64,000 bases of DNA from Octopus sinensis. Taxonomy: Eukaryota. This document shows positions 1-12,960 of this stretch, piece after piece; position 1 is the stretch's first letter; each line of letters opens with the position of its first letter. The translations under genes and the position numbers were made by a program. The notes below the pieces were generated by a model. The model had not been told where the DNA came from. It saw only the letters and a program-made list of their open reading frames with translations, and made no database searches. The stretch is taken from assembly GCF_006345805.1 (NCBI RefSeq), contig NC_043006.1:9176001-9240000 (forward strand), read 5' to 3'.

Positions 1-43
1 GTTGGGCGACTATGGACAGGGATATCAAATATCCGAATAGAAC

Positions 44-370
44 TTGTCGAGGTTGCGCGCTCGTGGCCAATGCCCTACAGGTAAAATGTCATCGTTGCCG
101 GAGACTGAGAACGCATGGTCTTGGTTACATATCGACTATGCCAGACCAGAGAACAGTGTATATTGTCTAATCGTGGTAGACAACTGTAAAAAGTGGCCAG
201 AGGTATGGTGGTGCAATAAACCAAATGCTAAGACATAACTGTTTGGGCGATACGGTGTTCCAGACAGATTATTCTCTCATAATGGAACGCAATTCTCGTG
301 GTATGAATTCCAGAACTTTTTTGTAAAATGCATGCGATAAAACATATTTTAACTCCACCCTACCAAATTG
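44..370 (+). mobile_element. Decayed Gypsy/Ty3 LTR-retrotransposon integrase fragment
   Basis: Translation WSWLHIDYARP..VYCLIVVDNCKKWPEV, then after a stop LFGRYGVPDRLFSHNGTQF, matches the integrase core (HIDYAGP/VVDAYSKWPEV/FGxPxxxxSDNGxQF); contains stops and frameshifts. Confidence 0.8.
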
Positions 371-374
371 GTCG

Positions 375-560
375 GAAGAGAATCGAGATGTCAGTACAAG
401 CCCCATCCAGCGATTTGGGAAACATATCTGACAGAATGTTTATTCACGAGACAGTACTAAGTGTTAATGTTGAAGGGGGGAAGCTTCGGTGCTTTAAGTG
501 TGGCGAAAATAGCATTTAAGGGCCGAGTGCTTGCCTCCCGACGAGGAAAATCAAGAAAAA
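375..560 (+). mobile_element. Retroelement gag/ORF1-like fragment with CCHC zinc knuckle
   Basis: VNVEGGKLRCFKCGENS followed, after restoring one missing base, by HLRAEC gives CX2CX4HX4C. Assignment to a Tx1-type ORF1 is a guess. Confidence 0.5.
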
Positions 561-779
561 AAACAAAAACAAAAAAAAAACGCTGAAGCTAAAAAGAAAA
601 GAGAAGGAAAGAAGAAAAAGAACTAGGAGGGATCTCCACCCCAAAAGAGAAAAATACTCCACACACCTGCACACATAATACACACGCACCAACACACACA
701 TGCACACACACGAACAAACAAACACGCACACACATACATATTCACACACATGTCCACATACACACACGCACATGCATAT

Positions 780-1597
780 ACACATATTAGAGTGGAGCGT
801 TTTTTTTCGAGATTTTCGAATTCGTGACGACGAAGTTAGTGTGGAAAAGTTGCGAATAGACATAAAAATAACTAGTTCCTGCGCACATACATACACGTAC
901 ATATTATAGTGGAGCGGTTTTTTTTATCATTTTCGATTGTGTGATGGGGTAGTGCGGGAGGATGCGAACACACATCAAAATAACTGGTGCAAAATCTTAG
1001 AAATCTGCAACATTATCGTCTGTCTCCACAAATGCATCGGTAAATGGAAAAAAAAGTGGGAAATAAAAAACAAAAAAATGGTTCTATTTATTTGTTTGCA
1101 ATAAAATACATTTTTTTCATTGCATCTTCTTGAGGTAGTTTTTAATGCCTCATGATAATACTTTAAAATACGACTTAAACATGTTTTTCCATGTGACTTC
1201 ATCTTCTTCCTCCACAAGGAAGGACGTGGGTGTACTGTAATTTACATCTACATTAAACATTTTCTGAATTCGGTAAATTACAATATATGCGATGATTTTT
1301 CGTATTTGTGGAGGCAGAAGATGGAGTGACAAAAAAGAGCATGTTGAAGTCGTATTTTAGGATAATTTCATCACAGTCATTTAAAATCTACCCGAAAAAG
1401 ATGCAATAAACATAGTATGTTGTAGCTAACAAGTAAGCAGAAGATTTGTATCCACTTTTCCCATTTTTCGAATCATTTGTAGAGACAGAAGGTAATGTTA
1501 CAGAGTCTTAAAATCTTGTACCAGTTATTGTGATGTCCATTCACAAACTGTTTGCACTACTATATTAGTGTGGAGCGAAAAAACAATCCACACTAGT
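780..1597. mobile_element. Old foldback/non-autonomous DNA element (possibly Helentron/MITE-like)
   Basis: Diverged inverted arms (~970-1200 vs ~1330-1545), a ~118-bp tandem unit starting AGTGGAGCG at ~787 and ~907, and a terminal hairpin TAGTGTGGA...TCCACACTA ending in CTAGT at ~1566-1597. Confidence 0.4.
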
Positions 1598-1599
1598 AC

Positions 1600-1684
<85 letters not shown>

Positions 1685-3454
1685 CATATATATATCACTT
1701 ACATATACTGCAGTCTATTGAATATGGTATTAAAGTGTTAAAGAACAAGCATATAATTTTCGTTTAATTTAAATTAACTGTATTCACCTGGGAAATTTGA
1801 CTGGTGATTGTTAGTGCTGACATATGCAGTTGCCAACTGTACTAATTTAATTGAAGATATTATAAAATACGCGTTATTCTATGTTCATTGAGTTGTCCGA
1901 GTTCCCTGCTTATGTGTTTGATAAATAACATATTGAACTGGAATACGCATTAAGTACTATAATAAAAAATATACACCATGGAGATTGCAAGCCACACATT
2001 TTTACCGATGTCATGGAGTTGGAGATGAGTTCATTTTAATAGATTTCAAAATGAAATCGCAGAAGTACAGATAAAAAAATAATACTTTATATGTAGTTCA
2101 CCATTCGAATATGGTGACCATATTTTTTATATTATTGTAACAACTATGCGTGAACTATATTATCATTCATAAACACTTTGCCTGTCTAGCTTTTTATTTT
2201 TTACTTGGAAAGAAATGTTTAGTAAATGCGTTTTGAAATACATTTGCGAAACTCCAGTTGAGAAATTTATGACGTAGTTATCGAATAAATTGATATACTG
2301 ACTTTATCTGTTGTACTGTATATCATGAATATTTTTTGTAAATTTATATTCTTTAATTTTAAAGTTCTGCCTTCATTCTTCTTTCAAATAGTACATAATT
2401 TCAATAAACATGGATAACAAGCATTTAATTGTAATTCCATTCTTCAACAGAAACTATAGTTTGATTATTTATACGCTTCAGTAATCTCAGAATGGAATTG
2501 CCAACATCATATTTATTATTTAGTAATTCCAGAAAATAACGCTTTGAATTCAATAAAAATAAAGCAATTATAATTATGGCAACGAAATCAAAGTAATTAT
2601 TATAAAATTCACTGGATCGTATACTGACTGTTGCTGATTATAAAACTTAGAGGACTTTCAATGAAAGCTGTCCTCATAATTTACACCTCAATACTGCTGA
2701 GATATGATATTCAACGATACATATAAATATTCTCGTTAGCTTGAACTAATGAAACTAAAATAATATTATCAAATACGAGATGTATAAGATGTAAATCTAA
2801 AGGATTTCTTAAAATTATTAAAATAATTACAGACATGTAGAATGAAACAAATGTACGAACTAAATTAAATATGGTATGATATTGTTTGAAATCCGTAAAT
2901 AGAAAACAACAGGAACGGTATTGCACGCATTTATGCTTCTTTGAGGCATAGTAAATTTGAAATAAATGCAATTATTTTACCGAATATATGCTAATAATTG
3001 GTTATTAGTCCCAGTTTGACAATAGTATCATTAAATTTAGAGAAAGATCGAGAGAAACAGAAAGAGAACGAGCGAGAAAGAGGAAAAGGAGGAGGTTTTT
3101 CAATATTGATAATTGTTTTTGACGACGCATTAAACGAACAAAGAAAAAACCTCCTGTATAATCAAGTACAAGAAAATGCAAAATATTTGAACGCATATTG
3201 TAATTCTTCTTTGCTGTGTGAACATGCGTTTCTGTGTGTGTGTTTGCGTGAGCGCAAGCGTTTTAAAGAACAGCAGATCTGGATCGCAGTATATGTAAAA
3301 ATTGAAGGGCTGAACTTTCCGTGTATTGAACTTACAAACACTTTGTGCCATACACGAAACTTTTAGCACTTCAGTCACGTTTCTATCTTTCTGAGCATTT
3401 AAACGTAATACTAAAATTATGTATAAACATACTCGCAAACACACATAAATATAC

Positions 3455-3522
<68 letters not shown>

Positions 3523-4427
3523 AAGACATCATAGATAAGAATAAAAATTTAAACATCTCCAAGTCGACACGTTCTTCTGCTGCATAAGTGTCCTAATATC
3601 CCTCGATGTAGCATTTATATATATTTAGTTTGTTCAATTGCAGTACACTTTCAAACAGGGTAGAAATAGCTGTGTATCGTTGTTCAAATTTATACCCATG
3701 AGACTGTCTTGTATATACACTCTGTATGCTACGTAAATCCAAGAAAGGGGAACCAGGATTTAACTATCGATGAAGGATCATGTAATTATTTAAACACCTC
3801 TGTGTGTTCCCTATCAGTCAATCTGGTTACCCTGGACTCGCATGATATGAGACTACTAACAATGTATTGGCCGGATACCAAATATTTATTCCTTTACGTA
3901 TTGGACAACTAGCTATCAGGCAAATACCGGGGAAAGTTTAAGTAGACTTTTAATAGTTTAAATAGACAGTTCTTCTTGAGATTCTAGACGCAGTTCCAGA
4001 CTAATATACACATTTGAAAGTATGAATATATGAGTGCATGTATGTATATGTATGACATTATTCAGTTTCATTTCAAGATTTCATGCCATTAGAGAAAGGG
4101 CCGGCTTCTAACCTGGTTATAAGGCTCCTTTATTAGGATTTCAACATCCACAACAGGGTATTTTGTATGTATATATACGTGCAGATTTGTATATTTTGTA
4201 TTATGTATGTATTCTGATGCATATAGTTGCATATCTACACATGGTCATATATATTTAAATGATAAACTCGTGTAAAGTTTTACGGAATTTCACTGTTCCA
4301 GTGATGGATTAGAACTGTAGCCTACGAACTAGATTTACCTTCTTTGGTTTTGAGAAGCCTAATTTTTTTATATATGTATGTATATATGTATACATCTAAA
4401 TACACATACATACATGCATACATACAT

Positions 4428-4526
<99 letters not shown>

Positions 4527-4559
4527 GATATATATATAGATAGATATATAGATAGATAG

Positions 4560-4590
<31 letters not shown>

Positions 4591-5574
4591 CACACACACA
4601 CATATATATATATATATAATATATATATATACTTTATCATTTGAGACTGCAGTCGGTCATTTTTGAATGTAGAAAAAGAAATAGGAATAAACATAAGAGA
4701 ATTCCTTAAGAATTTCTTCTACGATTCTATTATTCCAGACACGAGATTGTATTTTTCAAAGGAGAAGAACAATATAAAATCAAAACAAGAGAAAGTTTCA
4801 AATTCTATGAAAAATGCCATTGTCCGCTACATGTCATGCCACTTCCATTTAAGTCTTGGACAGCAAAATATCAGAGAAATATCAGACAAAATTAAAATAG
4901 TCTGTGACTCTTGGTACACAGTTCCTCTTGAGATTCCAGACGCAGTTCCAGATTAATTATGTCTTCTATGGCACAAAAACAAAAATGTAAGGAAAAAATA
5001 GTGACAGCATCTCTTTTATTATTCTTTGTTTCCATTATTATTTGGCATTTTCTCTCTTTTTTTTTATCTTCGTTTTCCTTTCTTTTAAATAAATGAATCG
5101 AATGTAGTTTTACTTTACTTTTGTGCTTTCTACCTGGAAAGGTTCTTCTCTTAAGAAATTAATCTAATCAAGTATTTTGGCAAACATTCACACATATTCA
5201 CTATCCTAAGCTGACCACGTCATGACAGTGTCTGGAAAGTTCACTCACTGTCCGCCGTCAAGCCGTCAACATCTACTTGGCAACTCCATTAATTTTTGTT
5301 TTTCTTCTACATGTCTTTTTCGACTTGCTTACTGTCGTCGTAGCTGTCATCATGACTATCGTCACCATACACATCAGCAGTCTCATCCTCAGCATCTTCA
5401 CCAATATTAGCAGATATACCATTATTATTTTCTTCTTTTCTACACATTCCTTCACAGCCTAGTTTTCAATTCTGTTCATCTTTTTTCTTTTCATCCTTTT
5501 CTTCTCCTTGTCTTCCTCTTGTTTGTTTTATTTTTGTTCTTGATTTTTTTTAATATTTTTATATTTTTATATTT

Positions 5575-5700
5575 ATCTCTCTTCTCTTCTTCTCTTCTTC
5601 TTCTTCTTCTTCTTCTTCTTCTTCTTCTTCTTCTTCTTCTTCTTCTTCTTCTTCTTTTTCTTCTTCTTCTTCCTCTCCGTCTTCGTCTTCTTCTACACTG
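5575..5700. repeat. (CTT)n microsatellite
   Basis: Directly visible trinucleotide array. Confidence 0.95.
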
Positions 5701-5952
5701 GCTTCATAGATGTTCTCTGATATTACACCCAACCTTCCATTCCAAGCCATCACATATCGAATTCTTGTCTTCTTTATTATAATTTTAGTGCCTCGTTGAT
5801 ATCTTCCTTCTGCTAAGGAAAGCTTCCGTTATTCTTCAGTGCCATTTCAGAAAAATTAGCGATGCACATGAACAAACGCATACATGCAAACACCCCTACG
5901 ACCAAAATCACACAAAGGCACACACATCTATATATGCATTATGTATGCATGT

Positions 5953-6186
5953 ATACTCTTTTACTCTCTTACTTGTTTCAGTCATTTGACTGCGGCCATG
6001 CTGGAGCAACGCCTTTAATCCAGCAACTCGACTCCGGGACTTATTCTTTTGTAAGCCCAGTACTTATTCTCTCGGTCTCTTTTGCCGAACCGCTAAGTGA
6101 CGGGGACGTAAACACACCAGCATCGGTTGTCAAGCGATGTTGGGGGGACAAACACAAACACACACACACATCACACACACACACAC

Positions 6187-6242
<56 letters not shown>

Positions 6243-6400
6243 CGAAAGGTTTCTTTCAGTTTCCGTCTACCAGATCCACTCACAAGGATTTGGTCGGCCC
6301 GAGGCTATAGTAGAAGACACTTGCCCAAGGTGCCCCGCAGTGGGACTGAACCCGGAACCATGTGGTTGGTAAGCAAGCTACTTACTACACAGCCACTACT
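5953..6400 (-). mobile_element. tRNA-derived SINE family A, full length, with internal (CA)n/(TA)n
   Basis: Minus-strand head TGGCTGTGTAGTAAG...GGTTCAGTCCC (A/B-box-like), then GGCACCTTGGGCAAGTGTCTTC, an internal microsatellite, and a body ending GACTGAAACAAGTAA..GAG. The same sequence recurs many times in the window. Confidence 0.9.
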
Positions 6401-7353
6401 GCGCCATGTGTGTATGTGTGTATGCGTGTGCGTATGAATGCATATATGTAAATGTATACAATTAACATACTTTCATTTATAGTATTAAATGATGATCTCA
6501 CTGCTATTTTTGATTCACGTACATATAACATTGGAGCATGAGTTCCTTAATAAGACCTGAACTTTCATGTAAAATATTCCGACATCACGATTATTATCAG
6601 ATTATGTGGGTTACTGGACATTATGTGGGTTACTGGACGTTGCTAATATTTTCAAGATTTCGAAAATGATACAAATGCGGCATAAAACAAACGTCATAGG
6701 CAGGCGGTTTTCCCAGAATCCTGGTATATGTAAAAATTGCTTTTTCGTTGTCACATCATCTGCAGTTTATAATATTAAAATCTGTTTGAAATTAGATTAA
6801 CTTTTCTGAAAAAGGAACTACGTATCTACTGGTTTCCCTGCCTAATGAAAAGAGCTGAAACAGCTGGGAATGGAGATCTATTGATCTGCTCTGCCAGCAT
6901 GGGCGTGGGAGAAATAAAAAAGAACTGGAAAATAAATTTAATTCACGACGACAAATGGCACCTTTTGTTTCATGTAACATTTAATAGTTATAGAGAAACT
7001 TTGATGAAGAACACGGGTGAGAATTAAAGAAAAAGCGCAAATCACGATTAATCTTCCTGTAGTGATATTTTACCAAAAGCATACGACCCGTTACTTTTCT
7101 GCATTCATTTCCATACATAGAGACCGAAGACAATCGCGTGTATCGGAGGTGGGGGCGTGTGTATCTGCATGTATGTAGTTGCATATGCATAATATATATA
7201 TATATATATAATATATATATATTATATATATATATATATATTATATATATTAATGAAGGATAAAAGTTTTTCGAAAAAAATATTCTTTTCCCCAAAAAAT
7301 TTTATCAATGGCCAGCATATCAAAAAATACGTTTAAAGGTTAAATCTATAAAC

Positions 7354-7611
7354 AATTCATAATTAAGGGCAAACGAAAAAAATTATAATGCCAGATATGC
7401 CGAAAAATTGGACATATTGTCCATTAACCATATAATTTTTTCCCAATATGCACGCTACTCGAAAAATGTTCTACAGAAACTTCTAAAAAATTCCATTATT
7501 ACCATATCGAGTAGCGTGCATAATGGGAAAAAATTATATGGTTAATGGACAATATGTCCAATTTTTCGGCATATCTGGCATTAGAAATTTTTTCGCCCTT
7601 ATTTATGAATT
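7354..7611. mobile_element. MITE-like foldback element with ~105-bp inverted arms
   Basis: 7354-7462 is the near-perfect reverse complement of 7507-7611, with a ~44-bp spacer; the right end runs into (TA)n. Confidence 0.75.
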
Positions 7612-7684
7612 ATATATATATATGCCATTTAAATGTATATGTAGTTTTACTTATGTGTGTGTGTAGTTAAATAATTTTTTTACA

Positions 7685-7876
7685 TTTTGGCACAAAGCCA
7701 GCAAGTTCTGGGCGATTAAATCCACCCCAATGATCAAATGCTAGTAATTGTATCAACATCGAAAGTACGAAAGGCAAAGTAGACCTCGACGGCATTTCAA
7801 CTTAGAAAGTATAGACAGACGGGATGCTGCTAAGCATTTTCCTCTGAGTTCTAAAGATACTCATAGATCGCCACCT
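7685..7876 (-). mobile_element. SINE family B, diverged copy
   Basis: Reverse complement resembles the 17857-18092 copy (GAGGTCTACTTTGCCTTTCG, GGGGTGGATTTAATCG). Confidence 0.65.
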
Positions 7877-8570
7877 TTGTGCAGTTAAATAATAGCACAA
7901 ATTTTTCTATGTCTATTTATTAGTTTTTATCTTTGTTTTCATAGCATGCATATCTTATCTATGTATATTCGGTTTTCTTTTCATCTGATGTACTTTTAAT
8001 GCATGTTTTTAACTATGCTTTCTTATCGTTGTATTTTATTTTTTGACTGTAAGCGTATCTCGTCTATCAGTTTCTTCTGAGAACAGCTGGGATGCAAGCA
8101 CCACATTGATAGATATTGCTATAAGGCTAAGTATAATGGTGAAGTGAAATAGCGCGGTACTTGTTCAAAAAGTCACCTAAAGATGTGCATTTTACACCTG
8201 TATTGCCAGACAAAACAGTGTACAACACGCTACCGTGCAGAATGAGTCGAAACGTTTGTAGTGAATCTGAATAAAGAATCTCGAGAATTTCACTTTCCAT
8301 ATTTAAAGTATTTACATGTGTATATAATATATATACATACGTGTATCTGTGTGTATGGGTCTGAGTGGGTATTTTTGCGTGTATGTGTGTGGGTGTGTGT
8401 ACGTTCGTGTGTACGTTTGTGTGTGTATGAGCAGTTCCTCAGAATTGGCACCCCTGGAGAAATTTCTTTCATTACATGCCAAACTTTAAAATCATTTTTT
8501 CGGTGATAATATTCCTAAATATTTGAAGCTAAAATTAGTACACTATTCAAAAGACTTACAACTCATAGTC

Positions 8571-8642
<72 letters not shown>

Positions 8643-8670
8643 ATAGAGAGATAGTGATAGATAGATAGTC

Positions 8671-8743
<73 letters not shown>

Positions 8744-8999
8744 CACACAAGCAAATAAATAGACATATATGTAACTGAATGACAAATCCGAAACGACTTA
8801 AATTCACTGTTAGAATACTACTGTCGTTCCATGGTACTATAGTTCTCACTTTCATGTAAAAGCGATGTCATTAACTATAAACACACATTGTTATTTGCCA
8901 CAATGGCATGTGCCTGATATGGCTGTTTGCTTCTTAGAATGCTAGCTAATAAATACACATACACATACAGCCATATACACATATATAGCAATCAGTTGC

Positions 9000-9205
9000 T
9001 ATGATAGATCTTTAGCCACTACACACATTTTTTCTCTCCCTGTTTCTCTCCTTGTTTTTTTCTGTGTCTCTTTCTGTAGAAGAGCGTAGGCTCGAAACGT
9101 AAAATACTTTTCCAATTCCTGAGCGTTATACTAATATATCTGTTTGATTTGTATACCACCTGTCTTCGTCTTTTGGTGTTTTCGTAAACTCTCCCTATAT
9201 AGCTA
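9000..9205 (+). mobile_element. Short Penelope-associated element with variant hammerhead-like motif
   Basis: CTGTAGA-A-GAGC-GTAG-GCTC-GAAA-CG-TA at 9074-9101; shares the downstream TTCCTGAGCGT motif with the elements at ~44940 and ~52065. Confidence 0.55.
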
Positions 9206-9719
9206 CCTATTTACATATCTCTCTCTCTCTCTCTCTTTCTTTCTTTCCCTTTCTCTCTCATTCTCTCCTGTCTCTCTCTCTCTGTATATACATGTATGCG
9301 TGAAATTGTTGTGTAATTATGTATGTTTATAGATACATATATACAGACTAGCATACACCTATATATAAATGTTAGTGTGATTGCCCCACATCTTTCTTTG
9401 TCTGAGTAGCTGCGTTGATTTGGATATTGGTGTGTGATTTTACAAATGATGTTAATATAATCATCATTTGTATTTTACGTTTTCCTTTGTTCTGTTATTT
9501 TTCCCCTTTTGTGAAATAAAAGTGTCAATATCAAGACAGGGGACTCTGGAATCTGTTGATTAACATGCTGATCGTGGCTACATGACATATTCCGATCGTC
9601 CCCAATGTGTTGATTTTGCCTTTCCTCCTACCAAAATTTTTGTCATTTCTGTCAATTTAGTTATATTTAACAAACTGATTTGTTATTTACTTTTTAGTTA
9701 TCTAGTTTTATGACTCTTT

Positions 9720-9748
9720 ACTATTACTATTTATCATTATTATTATTA

Positions 9749-9786
<38 letters not shown>

Positions 9787-9840
9787 GTAGTAGTAGTAGT
9801 AGTATTGTTATTATTACTATTATTATTATTATTATTTTCG
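9720..9840. repeat. Compound (TTA)n/(TAG)n microsatellite
   Basis: Visible array flanking the first R4/Dong copy. Confidence 0.9.
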
Positions 9841-9845
9841 TAGTT

Positions 9846-10157
9846 TTATTTTTATAGCGTGCTTCACTTCACTACCGAGCGCAGCTCTGTGTGCCTTGGG
9901 TATGTGCTGTGATTTGTTGTGATGCTCTGATGGTATTGTATGGAAAGTGTTCTGCGTAGGATGTGTGCAGTGCCTAGTAGTGCAATTTTCTGTATGTTAT
10001 ATGTGTTTGTAAGTCCTGGTGTTTTTGTTATGTATTTGTCTGAATATTTTTTTATCATGCCTAATGCACCTACTATGATAGGAATTGTTTCAGTTTTCAG
10101 ATTCCACATTCTAGTTACCTCTATTTCCAGGTCTTTGTATTTTGAGAGTTTCTCCAT
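9846..10157 (-). mobile_element. R4/Dong-clade LINE 3' end (RLE endonuclease C-terminus + 3' UTR), copy 1
   Basis: EKLSKYKDLEIEVTRMWNLKTETIPIIVGALG...QKIALLGTAHILRRTLS*; both ends abut (TAA)n-type arrays. Confidence 0.85.
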
Positions 10158-10212
10158 ATTATTATTATCAGTATGATTATTATTGTTATTATTCTTATTA
10201 TTATTATTATTA

Positions 10213-10251
<39 letters not shown>

Positions 10252-10275
10252 CATTATTATTTTATTATCAGTATG

Positions 10276-11268
10276 TTTATTTTATAGCGTGCTTTCACTT
10301 CACTACAGAGCGCAGCTCTGTGTGCCTTGGGTATGTGCTGTGATTTGTTGTGATGCTCTGATGGTTTGTATGGAAAGTGTTCTGTGCAGTGCCTAGTAGT
10401 GCAATTTTCTGTATGTTATATGTGTTTGTAAGTCCTGATGTTTTGTTATGTATTTGTCTGAATATTTTTTTATCATGCCTAATGCACCTACTATGATAGG
10501 AATTGTTTCTGTTTCAGATTCCACATTCTAGTTATCTCTATTTCCAGTCTTTGTATTTTGAGAGTTTCTCCTTTCTTTTAGAGACACGTTGTCATCTGCC
10601 GGTATTGATACATCATTAGAAAGCATTTTTTTCTTCATGATCTCTGACAACTATATCTGGTCTGTTGGCCTTAATTTCTCTATCTGTGTGTATCGGCATA
10701 TCCCAGAGTATGGTTGCTTTCTCGTTTTCTGTACCTTTTCTGGTGTGTGCCCTATACCATCTTTTTTTTCTGTTGTTATTCCATAATGTTGGCATACCTT
10801 CCAATGTATGTAGGTTCCAACTCTGTCATGTCTGTGAATATATTCCTTCTTAGCCAGGACTGGGCAGCTAGAGATTAATGATTTATTGTTTTCTTTCTTG
10901 TCCATCTCCACATATTCTGCAGTTCTTGTATAATTCTTTTCATTACAATGTTTTTGGTAATTTCTGGTGGGGAGGCTTTGGTCTTGTGCTGCAATTAAAA
11001 ATCCCTCTGTTCTGCTTTGAGTCCTGAGCTTTCTCACCATTGCTGGGATTTTTCTTTGTCTATTTCTTTTGCGTTTAGTTTAGTGCAGTATTTACCGTGA
11101 AGGGGCTTTTCTTGGGCATCGTTTATTATCATGGCTCGTTTGCTGTTCTATTTTTAGTTTGGATTTCATTTGTTTTTATAGCTTTTGTTGTTTCTTCTCA
11201 TCATCTTCTTCTTCTTCTTTGTGTTTTTATTAGGTGGTATGATTTCTTGTTTGTATTTGTCAGCTTTA
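10276..11268 (-). mobile_element. R4/Dong-clade LINE 3' ~1 kb, copy 2
   Basis: Frameshifted KPLHGKY..EGFLIAAQDQSLPTRNY..SSCPVLAKKEYIHRHDRV..ILWDMPIHTDREIKANRPDIVV..KYKDLEI: CCHC plus PD-(D/E)xK restriction-like endonuclease region. Confidence 0.9.
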
Positions 11269-11305
11269 TATTATATTATTTATTATTATTATTATTTCAT
11301 CAGTA

Positions 11306-11645
11306 TTTTTATTTTATATCGTGCTTTCACTTCACTACCGAGCGCAGCTCTCTGTGCCTTGGGTATGTGCTGTGATTTGCTGTGATGCTCTGATGGTTAT
11401 TGTATGGAAAGTGTTCTGCGTAGGATGTGTGCAGTGCCTAGTAGTGCAATTTTCTGTATGTTATATGTGTTTGTAAGTCCTGATGTTTTTGTTATGTATT
11501 TGTCTGAATATTTTTTTATCATGCACTAATGCACCTACTATGATAGGAATTGCTTCTGTTTTTAGAGTCCACATTCTGGTTACCTCTATTTCCAGGTCTT
11601 TGTATTTTGAGAGTATCTCCATCTCTTTTAGAGACACGTTGTCAT
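11306..11645 (-). mobile_element. R4/Dong-clade LINE 3' end, copy 3
   Basis: Same 3' UTR and DDNVSLKEME..KYKDLEIEVTRMW; the 5' truncation joins directly to a long (AAT)n. Confidence 0.85.
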
Positions 11646-11695
11646 TATTGTTATTATTTTTATTATTATTATTATTATTATTATCATTATTAATA

Positions 11696-11757
<62 letters not shown>

Positions 11758-12344
11758 GTTATTGTTATTATTATTATGTTTGACTTTTGCTATGTACTTG
11801 TGCAAGTTGACTCCTAGTTTCAGCAAGAGACCTCAAGAGACAAGAAGTTAGTAGTTCAAGTTGGTGTTATGTACACGGTGTCATAAATTTTGTTTTGCAC
11901 AGAATATTGTTCCAGAGAATATATGTCAAAACTTAAGTAAATTAGAAGTTTGTTTTGAAAGAAATTTGATTATAAGATGATAGTCTGATGCTAAGATGAC
12001 AGTAAAATTTGTTTGCTGTTATGTACATGTAAAAGTAATTTAACACTGTTTACGGTTTAAAATATTTGGGGGATGACATAGATAATATTTTATGTAGGAT
12101 ATGATCAGTTCCCATGAGCACTATGTTTTGAATTTCTTCCATTTTTAAATTTCCTGTAATCTGGTTTACATAGCAATTATCCCCTTTTGTTATCATTCAT
12201 AAGGCGCCTATGACAACAGGTTTTGGTTTATTCTTGTTCTACATTTTGCCAATTTATATTTCAAGATGTTTATACTTGCTCTCTGTTTTGGTATGTCTTG
12301 ATAGATAAATTTAGGTCGATTGAGATAGTGATATCGATGATTTT

Positions 12345-12620
12345 TTTGTCTAACATCCTTCAAAAATAGTGTCTGGAGGACTTAAGGGAAAAATCAAGCC
12401 TCCTCCGCGATATGACTGTCCCAGTCAACATAAATGTATCTATGAAGACCAAGCAAAAAAACTGAGCATTTTTAAAGATCTTGAAAGAGAAACTGGCAAA
12501 TATGGAACCTCAAGACTAAAACAACACCTAGGTGCCTTAGGAATGATAGCAAAAGGGGCTGATTGATACCTAGCTCATTGATACCAGAAAATCCAGAACC
12601 GGAAGACATTCAAAAGTTTC
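12345..12620 (+). mobile_element. Diverged R4/Dong-type RLE fragment (different subfamily)
   Basis: Frameshifted DMTVPVNINVS..KLSIFKDLERE..GALGMIAKGAD..EDIQK; followed by (TTC)n. Confidence 0.6.
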
Positions 12621-12960
12621 TTCTTCTTCTTCTTCTTTTCTATTTCTTCTTCTTCTTCTTCTTCTTCTTCTTCTTCTTCTTCTTCTTCTTCTTCTTCTTC
12701 TTCTTCTTCTTCTTCTTTTTCTTCTTCTTTTTCTTTCTCTCCTTTTTCTACTTCTTCTCCTCCTTCTTTTTCTTCTTCTTCTACTTATTATTATTATCAT
12801 TATTAATATCATTATTATTATTATCATTATTAATATCATTATTATTATTATTATTAGTAGTAGTAGTAGTAGTAGTAGTAGTAGGTGTAGTAGTAGTAGT
12901 TGTAGTAGTAGTAGTAGTAGTTGTAGTAGTAGTTGTAGTAGTAGTAGTAGTATTAGTAGT
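12617..12960. repeat. Compound (TTC)n-(TTA)n-(TAG)n microsatellite
   Basis: Visible arrays. Confidence 0.95.

Noticed and set aside
4440-4640. Periodic TT/AA phase shifts within (TA)n arrays here and elsewhere
   Set aside because: Most simply explained by single-base indels from slippage or sequencing/consensus error; no consistent period.
8225-8270. GAGTCGAAACGTTTGTAG resembling an HHR 3' half
   Set aside because: The upstream CUGANGA is absent (CAGAATGA).
9846-11645. CRISPR-like or protein-coding tandem array
   Set aside because: The repeats are LINE 3' ends separated by microsatellites; the context is eukaryotic with no cas genes.
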